From Lophium mytilinum (Eukaryota): a stretch of 64,000 bases of DNA. This document shows positions 12,218-24,300 of this stretch, piece after piece. How positions within the stretch are numbered: position 1 is the first letter of the stretch; the number at the start of each line of letters is the position of its first letter. The translations under genes were made by a program, and so were the position numbers. The notes beneath the pieces are model-generated. The model saw only the letters and a program-made list of their open reading frames with translations. It did not search any database and had not been told where the DNA came from. The stretch lies in assembly GCA_010093605.1 (NCBI GenBank), contig MU004185.1:1881334-1945333 (forward strand), read 5' to 3'.

Positions 12218-14442
12218 TTAGTACAGTTCAAAGACCTCCGGATCACAGCTTCTAGCTCTCCATTGTTCAACGGCTTCGCCCTTCATCAAGCCAGGAACGT
12301 AACACTCTCCGATAAATCGAAACCTTGTTCCTGATGGCCTCACCACAAATGGGACTTTCCCGCCAAACAAAACCACAATCATGTCGCCTTCTTTCATCGT
12401 CTTCGGACCTATGCCCATTCGGCCATCTTGGGTCAAGAAGAATCTTCTGTCCATGCAAGCACGGACGAAAGCCTGATGGAAGCGGCCTGAATCAACTTTA
12501 CTTGACAATGCTAGTCTCATTCGGTAGGCCATGGATACAGTAGCAATTTGATGGCCCAGGTGCTCTAAGAACCATCGCGTTGCATCCTTTAGAAAGCCGG
12601 ATCTCTCACCCTTAGACACCGATTCGTTGCTTGGCCCTGCAGTCAGAGTGGAGATAAAAGTGTGGAAGGTATCATCCTCCCCGGTCCCCTCAGTTGGCTG
12701 AGGGCGCTTTGCTAATAGATTCCAAGCAGCTCCCACAAAATCACGCTCTTCCTGGTATGTTTTGAAGCCGAAGCCATAACTTGTAAGCTGGTCACCATAT
12801 GCTTTTATGACATCGGCCTGAACTCCCTGCAAGTTGATACCATCTGCTGAGGTGTCGGCGCGCAACGTATCGGTACTCAGGGGCTCGTCGCCATCCGCAT
12901 TGTACGCGTTAGGGTTACGAGAAATTGAGAGAGGCATGGCTGCTTTCTCATAGCACCAATCCGGTACCCACGACGGCCAAGAAGACTGCTCTATGGTCTG
13001 AGTCTCGCCTGCATGGGACAAAACTAGAAGATTCCTGTGCTTTTTTATCAAGAACAGGGCCACATTCCGATATACATTTTTGGTTGATTGGTTGTAGTCC
13101 GGTTTTATCAACGTATATAGTTCCCCGTCGTAGTGTTCCGCGTCATAGTGTTCCACGTCGACGAATTGTCTAGTTTCCTCTGATAGACCGAAGGCTGCGT
13201 AAACCTTATCCACTGGCTGCGTTGCATGTCGATTCCGAAATTCTCTCAGGAGGTCGAGAAGGGGAATCTTGCAGTCTTGAATCTTATCGTCGTGCATCTT
13301 GTCGTCTTGGTTTTTGACGTTGTGGATCTCGTACATCTCCCATGTTGCTGCCGCAGCTGAGACTGGCAAGAGGTCATCTAGTTGCTGCAGTGGGTATTTA
13401 AGAACGGGAGGCACGGCGTATCCCATAGTCTGGAACCATAGGGCGGCCTGACCCAGGGCAGACCATTGAATCTCCCAGTCACCGAGAATTGCTACTGCTT
13501 GCTTTGCAAGAACTGCCTCTTGCACTACCTAGATGTTGAAGCAGTACACGTCAGCAAGTGGCCTGTTTGAGTGTTTGCACCTTTCAGACGCCTTAGTGAA
13601 GCCTGCATTGTCCCAACTTCGTGTTGACAGAGTGCCAGAACTTCATAGTCTGACAACGATGGGTGAAAAGGGATACATGTTGCGAAATGACCTACCCAGA
13701 CACGCTGGAACCAAGGATTCGAGAAAAATTCACGCAGAATGTCCCATTCAGAAGCCGACGGGGCGGGAAATCCATAAGCCATATTGCGATTGACGGAGTC
13801 TTCGGCATTTTTCAGTGACACCAGCCGATTTCGGCCACCTTGAATATTCCTCATCGCTTGTGCAATGAAGGAAAGCACCACCGGCATAACTCCATACCTC
13901 CCAATGTGAGAAGGGCCTACAATATTCAACAAGTGGGCATCCCCTTTGCCAAGCCAGATCTTGACCGTTCCAGCTTTTTCATATATTGTCCCCATCATCT
14001 TGACCTGGCTTTCCCTTTCTGCAACATCCTCCTGGTTTATACAAATAGAATCAATCCATACCAAAGTATGCAAAGTGCTGGCGTTTTCCCGCTGCTCATT
14101 CCGATTCTTCGCGAATTCACCCCACGCGTTCCGGCTGGAGTGCAATACATGCTTCTCGGGCCAAAGGATCACCGAGTCCCAGTTCGGAAACGGGCGCAGG
14201 TGTTTCAATGCATCGTATAGATTTTTGGTGACGCTTTTGGGGACTCCGTTGCATGTGATCGGTTCTGCGGCCATTTCAAGTCCCCAGACGTACGAGATGG
14301 CTTCGTAACTGGGTGGGTCTTCTACATCGTTGACGGTGATTAAAGCGCACTCTATACTCTCCGAAGGGAAGCCAGGTTTGATGGATAGAAGCCGAATAGA
14401 TCTTTGCCCTATAGGGTGGTAGATGGTGTCACGGCTGTGCAT
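12218..14442 (-). CDS. HET-domain protein (HET-6-like), 2 exons: 14442-13696 and 13528-12218
   Basis: SIRLLSIKPG, YEAISYVWG, VTKNLYDAL, WIDSICINQEDVAERESQVKMMGTIY..KIWLG. Intron 13529-13695 (GTAGGT...GCTGAC...TAG) restores WFQRVW|VVQEAVLA. DKVYAAFGL, PSWVPDW, RRFFLTQDGRMGIGP, FIGECYVPGLMKGE. Confidence 0.9.
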
Positions 14443-15278
14443 CTTGCCCGGAGCTAACGAGGCTGTAGAGCAAGAGGAACCGATGACAAAACGAGGTTGC
14501 AAGTGGTAAGTAAATCTTAAAGGACTTACGTCTATGCTTATCTATTAACAAAAGGCGATGATGACATACCGCAGCGTTCGACATGCAGATGAAACTCGTC
14601 TCAGATCCTGTGCCACGGTGGATTTGTTAACGATGATTGGCTCGCACAGTGGACTTAGGGCTGAGCTCAGCCATCGGGCTGAGTATTACGTATGCTGCGC
14701 CCCCTCTTCTGCATTATCGTCTGAAAGCGTATAAGGAGGCGTGGAAACTCTAGGCCGACAAGCTACTCAACTATATATTTCGACTCGTAAGTAGCTTAGT
14801 ACTCTTTGCAGGACTGCAGCTCATTATGAATCTTCTTTCTCGCATACATCATGACGCTAGTCTGCGTAACCTCAGTGAGTCTTCCTCTAATCCCTTTTTC
14901 TCAACAGGTAATTCAAATGAATACTGATCGTGAATCTTAGCTGTCTATGCGCAGTGGTAAGCCCTTATCGCACGCTTTATTTGTCGTGGTTGCAAATTCT
15001 AAATTGCGAAATTTAGGTTATCCCTGTGTGCGATTCTCGCGTGTTGCATTGCAAACATATGGGTGCTAGTCAATATGATGCTATATGGGGCCTACAATCC
15101 TCACCGTCCTCTACCATCACTCTGGCGTGCTCGGCCTATAGTTCAAACGTTGAACGTTTTGTAAGCTTTTGGAATAGTCCAACACTTGTCGTAGCAAAGA
15201 AAGCAAAGGACGGGCGATACAGTTGCTAACACATATCTTGCTACCAGATTCTTCCCGATTGCTCCAATTGCAGTAATC

Positions 15279-15770
15279 ATGCCGTACCTTTCCAAATATC
15301 ATCGCCAATGGTTCACCTTCGGCGTGTTATGGTGGTGCATCCTACCTACCTACTATTCTTTCATTCTGCCCTTCAGAAACGACCTTGGAAACATTACGCT
15401 ATCTGCATATTACTCCATGATCCTTATCTTTCTCGCCGTCATGCCATGCGTGCCCCTATTAAAAGACAATTATTCCTCCAATCGCTCTATCTTCCAGGTC
15501 GGCTTTACGATCTCCATAAGCTTTTGGGTCGGCCAAACCAACTCTGTATCCTTTACTTCACAATTACCTCGGCTAATCGTACCGCATTTTGAGTGGGCTG
15601 CTGTTCCTGCGGGCGTAGCAGCTGTGCTTTATCTCGTTGCTGCTAAGAAAGGGCACGGATTGGTTTATAGTCAGACGCTTGGAGGCCCTGGGGTTGAGCC
15701 AATATCGCTTGCTCTTCCCAGCTTAGAACCGGAGTATAGCGCGATCACTCACGGGAACATTCGCCTGTAA
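15279..15770 (+). CDS. Hypothetical small membrane protein (about 4 hydrophobic segments)
   Basis: 163-aa ATG ORF with hydrophobic stretches WFTFGVLWWCILP, YYSMILIFLAVMPC, IFQVGFTISISFW and WAAVPAGVAAVLYLV. Confidence 0.45.
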   Translation: MPYLSKYHRQWFTFGVLWWCILPTYYSFILPFRNDLGNITLSAYYSMILIFLAVMPCVPLLKDNYSSNRSIFQVGFTISISFWVGQTNSVSFTSQLPRLIVPHFEWAAVPAGVAAVLYLVAAKKGHGLVYSQTLGGPGVEPISLALPSLEPEYSAITHGNIRL

Positions 15771-16387
15771 CTTTCAAATCAGGAGATGCCTGATCATCCA
15801 TGGCGGGACTTTAAGTACAACGAGCAGAGAGAGGCAGGTTTCTTGAATTAGAATATCGACGGGCGAGGCCACTTTGGTACGACCTTCAGATCTTAGTCGA
15901 TATGTAGACCTCAAGTTGCGGAGACCATGCTCGAGCACGGCTGGAGGATGAGATGTAGTCACAAGGGCGAGGAGAATGGATGTTAGATTCAGGTCCGTTC
16001 CAGGAGTTGGCATAAAAGAATCACGTGACCTTTTGAAAACTACTCCCACCATCATCTCTATCCACGTCTTAAAAGAATCCATGGTACCTAGGTACTAATT
16101 ATCGCCCAGAAAAAGCTAGCAATGCCTCGAAAATAAGTACATCTCTCATCTCTCGAGCAACCTTGTCGCCCAGCCGAACGCCACGGCCCGAGCATGCTCC
16201 TTAGGCTACTATCCCCGCCCGGCCCACTTCTACCCCAGACTTCACCCCTCGGTAAACTCGCTGACACTTACTCGACGACATTTCCATGAGTACTCCTCGT
16301 TCTCTGGTATACCTCATGTCCAAGCCCCAAAACCGCTGTTGGCGAGGTGCAGCTTTATCACGCCAAGGAAATCGGCACTCGCCATAC

Positions 16388-17690
16388 ATGAATCCCACCC
16401 CTAAACCTACCACACGCCACGACCTCCCTGATGTCGCGCTAGGAGCATACCTCCTATCTCATCTTCCCGGACTTACTCTACCAATTGTGTCTACAAAGAT
16501 TGGATATGGCCAAAGCAACCCTACCTATTTCGTCGACGATTCTGCAGGCGAGCGGTATATCCTCCGCAAGAAACCAGCCGGAACAATTATAAGCCCTGTT
16601 GCGCATCAAGTCGATAGAGAATTTAGGGTCCTTGAGGCTCTAGGGAAGGTGGATGGGTTCCCAGTTCCCAAAGTTTTTTGCCTGTGTATGGACAACGAGG
16701 TTATAGGAACAGCGTTCTTTGTTAGCAAGAACTGCCCCATCGATGGGGAAGTAGGCTAATGTTTGCGCCTAGGTCATGGAGTTTGTTCGCGGACGCATAA
16801 TCACGGACCCCGATCTCTCTACTCTGAGCAAGGGTGACAGGAGAGCTGCGTGGTTTTCCGTTGTTGAAACGCTGGCATGGTTGCATAGCATCGACCCGGA
16901 CGCAATCGGCCTCTCCGGCTTTGGAAAGAAGACAGACTTTTACAAAAGGCATTGCAACACCTTCTCGCGTATTGAGGCACAACAAGCCAAAGTCTTAGAT
17001 ATCAAGACCAAGAAGCCGCTTGGAAGAGCTCACGACGCATTCGATGAGATCATCGACTTCATCCGAAAGAGGTTACCGGGTGAAAAGACAAGCATCGTGC
17101 ATGGGGATTACAAGTTTGATAATCTGGTCCTACATCCGACTGAACCTCGTTTAATTGCAATCTTGGACTTGGAATTGAGCACGATTGGACATCCGCTTAT
17201 GGATGCTGTGTATGTTGTGGGGCCGTATTGGAACAGAGCGGACGGAGCGCACGCGGGACCTACAAGAGATGATATGGGCGGGCCGGTCTATGAACCTGCA
17301 AATCTGGAAGCAGGGGGCATGCCGAGGATGGACGAGCTGTTGGATAAGTACGCAGAGGTGGCAGGCTGGGACCCAAGGGAAGACAGATGGGAGGTTGCAA
17401 AGGTGTTTCATTTGATGAGGGCAAGTTTGTCCCCAGTCTTTACTCATGCGAGAGAGCGCCTTAGATCGTTTCCAAGACGATTCAAATGAGCACTTGATAC
17501 ACTGACCATGCACTAACATTTCTCACAGGGCGGCACGATATCCCACGGTATTCAAGCCCGCACTATCAGTGGCCAAGCCAGCTCTGAGTTCTCACATATC
17601 TACTTCGAAAACACTCGGCGTAGTCTTGATTCTGCGCTGAGGAAAGTGCGTGATATCAAGATGAAAGAGGGTGAAAAGAGCAGTCTATAG
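16388..17690 (+). CDS. APH/choline-kinase-family phosphotransferase (ACAD10/11 N-terminal-like), 3 exons: 16388-16720, 16773-17420, 17529-17690
   Basis: GYGQSNPTY, YILRKKP, AHQVDREFRVL, VPKVFCLC..VIGTAFF|VMEFVRGRI, IVHGDYKFDNL, AILDLELSTIGHPL, R|GGTISHGIQAR..SGQASS; second intron has a GC donor; protein ends KSSL. Confidence 0.9.
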
Positions 17691-18327
17691 CTTTTTAAAG
17701 AGCCCCAGTGATTGCAACTTCTTTCAATTTAGCCAAGATGACGAAAGAACCTTGGAGACATCTAGTTGATAACGCTGTGACCAGGAGGGGTATTGCACGT
17801 AACGGTGAAGACCGGTGCGATGCGCGTGCGATGTTTGACGGTACACCCGATGCTGCCAAGAAACGTCCTGGAAAGAAGGGAAGGTGGAGGCCATTCCCGC
17901 TCTGAGTGTGCTTCGCGAAGATAGCGGGTGGTGGAGTGACAATGAGTTGGAGATAATCGAATGAAGTTAGATTGCATACGATGGAAATATTAACGAAACT
18001 CAGAGTGAAAGATGTCTGACCTATCTGCTCGAATGGAACCTATCTGAAGATAAGGACTAGATGTACAAGACATTTGACGTCGGTATTTTCACCGCTCGTC
18101 CTTCAGACTTCGTAGGAAAGGATTAGAGTCAAATCAAATGCATGCCATCATTACTCAACACTCTCTTCCTACATACTATATGATCCAGATTCCGATAAAC
18201 TTCCTATGACAGTTCCTAGAGCTTACCTTGAAAACAAAAGTTTCAGAATACTGCTCCATATGACCAACGTGTTGTTTCACGAATCCAATCATCTGGTCCG
18301 CACGTGACATGAGGCATATCAGACCTC

Positions 18328-21300
18328 CTAGGCTGTGATAGGCGACCAATACCCAAGCACCCTTGGCGCCGCCGGATACCACTCCCCAAACTCCTTCAGC
18401 ATGCCCACCGGCGCCTTTGTCGGCAAATCTGGATATACCCTCCTCGGCCTCACCGCAGCGCTCTTGCTCGTAATCAAATCCTCGTTTCGGCCCCCACTCA
18501 CCCCCGGATCTACTAATTCTAGAAACATGCCCACCACCTCCGCTCTGCGCGATTCAGCAGAGGGTGTGCTCCAAGCGTGAGCGACCTGCTCCAGCTGGGC
18601 TGCTAAATCTTTACCTTCGGGCGCTTTGGTAGGAACGGAGAAGACGGGTGCGGCGACGGGGACGGCGACGGGAGGGTGCTCGATCTCGTCCATGACATTT
18701 TCGCATGCGAAGAGCTCCATGTTGAGGGGTGGGAGGGCGTCGTCCGAGGGCTTGGGCGCGCGCGGCGTAATTTTAAAGCCCATGATTTGGGGAAGTTTGG
18801 CAGGGGGCGCAGAGAGGAGGGTTCGGCTGCCTTGGGAGGGGTCGTCGGAGGAGTTGTCTAAGAGAAAGAACGTTAGAGATTCTGATCTCAACCAAATCCA
18901 GATAGCTTGGACTCTTTCAGACATGCGGGAGATGAATTATTGAAGGCTGAACTTACAACGGCCCCAGAGGGTATTTGGGACATTTTTGACAATACGATCA
19001 AGGCGGAACTCGGGGCTCAGACCGTCTTTGTGTTTGATATTAATAACGAGGTCGGATTTTAGGGATTCCATCAGTTCCATCGGCCGGCCGTAAACAGGCC
19101 ACTGCTCGTTCAGTTCCGGCGGTTTGGCGCCGTTGCAGGTAACTGTTCGAATAGGCACGCGCGCAGAGAGGTCGAATGTGAAGAGCGGCGCGCGAACGAG
19201 CCACGGTGCATCTGCCTTTACATCCACAGCAGGCTTCTTGTGCGATGCGAGCCCGTTCGCGGATAAAAGGTGCCCCGGCAAGCTCTTGATTTCTTCCTTC
19301 GACTTGAGCTGCATAACCATAGCAATGAAATCGCCTAAGCCCACTGGCGGCAATGTGACCTTGTCTGGCCCAAATCGTACGGTGAAGGATATGACAGTCA
19401 AATCTACATGAACGACTCCGGCGAGCGGTGGGCCATGCAAGTGCACCTCGGCGGAGCACTCGCGGTTGATGCTCAGACTAAAGAAGCCCTTCCCGACGGA
19501 GGCGTGGATACTAATCGAAACACCGACGGCGCCTTGGAACTGGAATGGGCTGAAATTGATGAGGAAATCGGCAAAGGCAACGAAGCTAGCGCGAATTACA
19601 GAGGTCGTGAAGATTGCTTCCAGCCGGGCGCCGGCCATGACAACCTCCGGCGTAAGAGCGAAGTAGGCCCCTCCTGTTATACTCAGATGTTCATCGTAAT
19701 GCCAGGAGATTCCGAGACGGGGTGGTACGGGATAGTGGGGAGGAGGCGTGTATGCAGGATGGTAGCCGCCGATCGTGAAGACCCAGTCACCGTCGTGGCC
19801 GGACCCAGCGGAGAAGAATGCTAGGGCGAATCCTCCTGTGATGTGGCAGGTTTCATGTAACAAGAAGGAACGCGGTGTTAATTGTCCTTGCGCCATAAAT
19901 ACACCCTTGCTCGGATCAATGGTGATAGAAATGCCAAGGTCGACGACCAGCAGCTGCTTGCTTGGCTCGGCGCCTTTGGGCATAACAGCGACGGCTTCTC
20001 CAAAGATGCCCAGTTTTGGTGTCGATGAAAGCTCCACCGCTACAACAGCCTGAACCTCGATGGTTTGGAAAGCCTTGGCGCCTAGGCCTGTGAGAGAACA
20101 ACGTGTTAGCTAGGTACAACATTCTTTGACCATGTCTCCTCATGGGTGTGAATATAGAAACTCGCCACTGCTTGAAACCTTCAGTGTGCTGCTGGGATGC
20201 TTGCTTTCAGGTTTTTGAGAATACCACATGGTACCACAAGCTGCGGCAAAAAGATGTATACAAACCCGCAACGACGAATGCTGGTCGAGGATGAAAATGG
20301 GTAGACCTACCTGCCGCGAGCCATATCGAGCCGTCCTTTGGAGTCATCCACGGCGGCCCTCCAGGGCCTCCATGAGTAAATGACATCAGCTGAGCCATAG
20401 GGCTCACCTCCGGCTCTACCGACCCTGAGCTGATTCCCACAAACGGGAATTTTGACACCTCCGACACGGCGGGAAATCTAAGTTCCGAACCGAATCCGAA
20501 GCCACCGGTGACACCGTTGACCTCCGCGAAACCAAACTCCATAAGAGGTCCGTTCAGCTTCGCGAACACAAACATGCTCTTATACGTAGCGAATTCTTGG
20601 TAGGCGCCGGCCGCGAGAAAGCTGTATATCGCCATGCTGATGTTTATGCCGCCTGCAAAGCCGCGGCACTCGGATGTGTTGATGGTCTCGAAGAAGCCCG
20701 CAATCACTGCCGGTGGTCTGCTGAACTCAACTGCCATACCAGAGAGCGAGAAGGATGGTTTGATGTTGAGAAGGTCAATGGGTTTCTTGACGTTGGATGT
20801 GTCCAAATCGATTGAGAAGCCTATTAGTGTCATGCCCACCGGCCCAAGGTGGACGACGGCGTCTAAGATGATGTTTAGGGTATGTCCGTGGAACTTCAGC
20901 CCGATGTTGCTTATTGCCAAACTAGAAGTTTTCTTATGCATTGGCGCCATGGATGCCTTTTTCTCCCCAGAATTGGATACCTTGGGAGGGTTTGATGGGG
21001 CTGGCTTGGTTGGTTCCGGTTTCGTAGGGGCTCCAGGGTCAGGTTTGGGGTTGGGATTCGGTTGCTTGGTAGCTTTGGGCTGAGCTGAAAAGGCATGGTC
21101 GATAACAGCCTCAGGCTTCCCATCCATATGTGCCACTATCACAAAATGACAGCCCACAGAGACCACAATATCTGTCGGTAGTCTTTTCGTTGGGTCGACT
21201 GTATCCTTGTAGAAAAGCGGATCTTTCTTCTTCGTGAATACTGCAACGTTCAACACCTCTGCTTCGTCTCGTGTTAGCCCTTTGTTCACCCAGAGGAAGT

Positions 21301-24300
21301 CCATTTGATCAAACGGTTGTTCGAGTTCGCCGACCACGGGTAGCTCAGGGACATTCGGTAGCTTCGCTAAGCTCAGGCGTAGTAGACGCTTCGGTACGAC
21401 CGATTTGGACCTCTTTGTGTGATCGTGAATCTGAGAGTACGTGAAGTGGATTTTGTCTAACGAGATTGTAAGAGAGAAGATGACGTGGTCAGCGCTCCCT
21501 TTAGCTCTGCCGCAGTACAGTTCTACGGACAGTTTGTCTAGCGGGATAGCCATCTGGCCGATGAATTCCGGAACATCAGTGATAGAGTCGTCCAGATCCG
21601 ACAGGATTTCCAACAATGTGATCTCTTTCAGGCCAGATGGGGTCTGTTTTAGCTGTGCAACGATGCTCCAAACATCCCCATTGTGCTTATATTCGAGGTC
21701 AAGCTCCAGCGGCCCGACAATCATGATGCCTTTCATGACCAGCGCACTAGGCTTACTCTTCTCGTACTTGTAGAGCAATGACACTTTCGGAATAACGATG
21801 CTGCCCAACATGTCTATGACTGCGTCTCCAGGGCTATTGAGATCAAAGAACGAGTGAAGGTTTGCGAATTGGAGGTTCTCAGCAGCCGCTTCAATAGCCC
21901 ATGAGCTAGGTTCTGAAGTGTATGCGATTCGAACGGTTAAGGTCACCGCGTCCCGCACCGTGATGTAGTAGGCGGGAGGGTAGATTTTCACCACGCCTCT
22001 GAATTCCAAGGAGAATGATTTTTTCCCGAAGTCGTACGACGCGAATAGTGACAATGTGTCGAGCAAAATTTCTGGAATACCACTTGTTGTTGAATGAGGG
22101 CCACACTGGACTTCACCAAAAATCGATATTGAAGTCGTGGACCCCATGTGGACTCGAATGCTCGCCTCGGTGACTTCGTCGGGGATGCCCTCAGGCCAGT
22201 TTTCGATGGTACCTCCAGGCATCAGATAGCGAAGCTGTAGATGATCCAGCACCTTCTCATCCAACGGTTTCAACTCATAAAAATCCTCACGGAATGGATT
22301 AAGCTTGCGCGGTACATCTGCATACACCACTGAGAACGCCGTCCACAAAGATCCGTCGAATGTCAAACTACCGGGCTGCCACTTGAGAGATCCAAAAAGG
22401 GCAGCGCTGCTTCCATTAGGGACACCAAATGCAAGGGGGATTTCGAAGTCGACTTTGACACCTTGTAGGCTTTTGCCGCCTTCGCCCAGACTTAGGACGA
22501 TCTGGCGGAGTGAGACCGGCACAGCGCCAGCCAAATCTGTGAGAGATCTGCTAAGATCCAATATGAAGGACTCATCGAAAGTATCTGTCTTGTGGCTGCT
22601 TCCCGAGGCCAGTTTCTCGTTTAGCCATTTAAACAGAGCTTTGATAGGGTTCGTCCGAGTTTTCAGCTGGACTATCAAGTCAAGACCGCTTTCGTGTACG
22701 CACACAATCGCTTTGATATCTAACGACTTGTTCTCTCCAAGCTTCCATGACGCTGTTGTCTCAAACGACATACTAGAAGAAGTAGTGATAGAGGGCTGTT
22801 CTCCCAAGTCAATGCCTTCGCAGTGCTTTCTTCCAATAACACACATTCGGGAGATGGTAAGATTATCCAAATAGCCGGAAATAAGGTCTTTGATCGCAAG
22901 GGAAGCTCCACTCGGTAAGTCAACGTCCAATTCAAGCCTCAGAACTGTGTAGCCTCGGCGATAGGGCAAGAACCAAACACCTGACCGAGAGGTGCTGTTA
23001 CCAGGCGCCTTCAGCGGAACAGTGGATAGCAATAGCTTGGCCCAGGCCGGCCAAGGCATATCGATGAGAGAGGCAAGATCTGCGACTGTGATGGGACCTC
23101 CACGCACCTCTTCGAGGGCGAAGACCAGGCCGCCCACCTTTTCATAGTAGGCAACCGAAGCAGCCGTTTCCGCAATCTCCTTGCCGAATTGGACTTCGTG
23201 GGCCTTCCGATCTGTAGTGAAAAACAGGGTATGCGGGTCTGAGGAATCCTTCAGATTTGCGACGGGAGCGCGAACATCCAATGTGATCCTGGTCAACGAC
23301 ACATCGTCTCCGTCGGCGAGAGCGCCGTCAAACCTGAGTTGGTGCAAATAGATGGTGTCGATAAACCATGCGAGGCCTGCTATCTTTTCATCGGCGGAGC
23401 AAAGGTTGCTGAACTGCGGTGCTCCTGGTTTAATTTCCAAGGCGATCTTTTTGAAATAATCGACAGTCCAGCTTTGTAGGGAGTCTACTCCATCTTTTTC
23501 CACACGCATACTCTGCAGAGCGTTCATTTTCATCGTCGTCCCCATGGTACTTTTGTGAAGCACGATGTTCTGCGGAGCACACAGGGAACATTGTCAGTGT
23601 ATCAGACTAGCGCGACAGAGCCAGAGGGAAGGGCTTACCGAGAATTGCTGCACTTTTCCTTCAGTCTTCACCTTCTTCTTGGCAAGTTCCGGGTCTCTTC
23701 GATCATCGGTTTTCTCCTTCTTTTCCTTCTTTAATCTGGCCGCTTTCTGTGTCCGAGTTTCAAACTCCCTACCCATCTCATTCTCGGTATCATTAGACTT
23801 CAATTCTTCAAAGACACCCCAATACTCTGAGAGCACCTTCTTAGTCTTATCCAGTCGCAATTGGTCCTTCTTTTGCTGGGCAAGCAGCGGATCTCGGTCT
23901 TTTGAAACATGCTTCTCAAGAAACCCCAATGCCTCGAGTTTCTCCCTTTCTCTTTCCAGCCTTTCCTCCAGCTTTTTCGGAATGTCAAAGAGTTCCTCAG
24001 TTTTGACAGTAACACCTTTAGGCCCATATTGCCGATCTGGCCGGGTGCGGTTCGCAATTGGCGTGTAGTTTGGATCGTCATGAACGCAGCAGGCGTCAAG
24101 GGCATCATTGTCGCCCTTCCTAGTCGCTACGAGGCGGATGTATTGCACTCGCGGGGAAGGATGCGTCTTAGTTGTTGAGCCAGTGATAACAGTTATTGGT
24201 TGTGGCGCTGTATTTGGAGAGCCGTACGCTTTCCACAGCGGAACGGTATCCTTGATGACCTTTCTTTGTGCTTTGAGCAACGCTTTCTCTTCTTCGGCAG

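Noticed and set aside
16388..17690. APH-family gene as an antibiotic-resistance gene or a fourth member of the cluster
   Set aside because: Its motifs match the widespread fungal ACAD10/11-like phosphotransferases, and nothing beyond adjacency links it to the cluster
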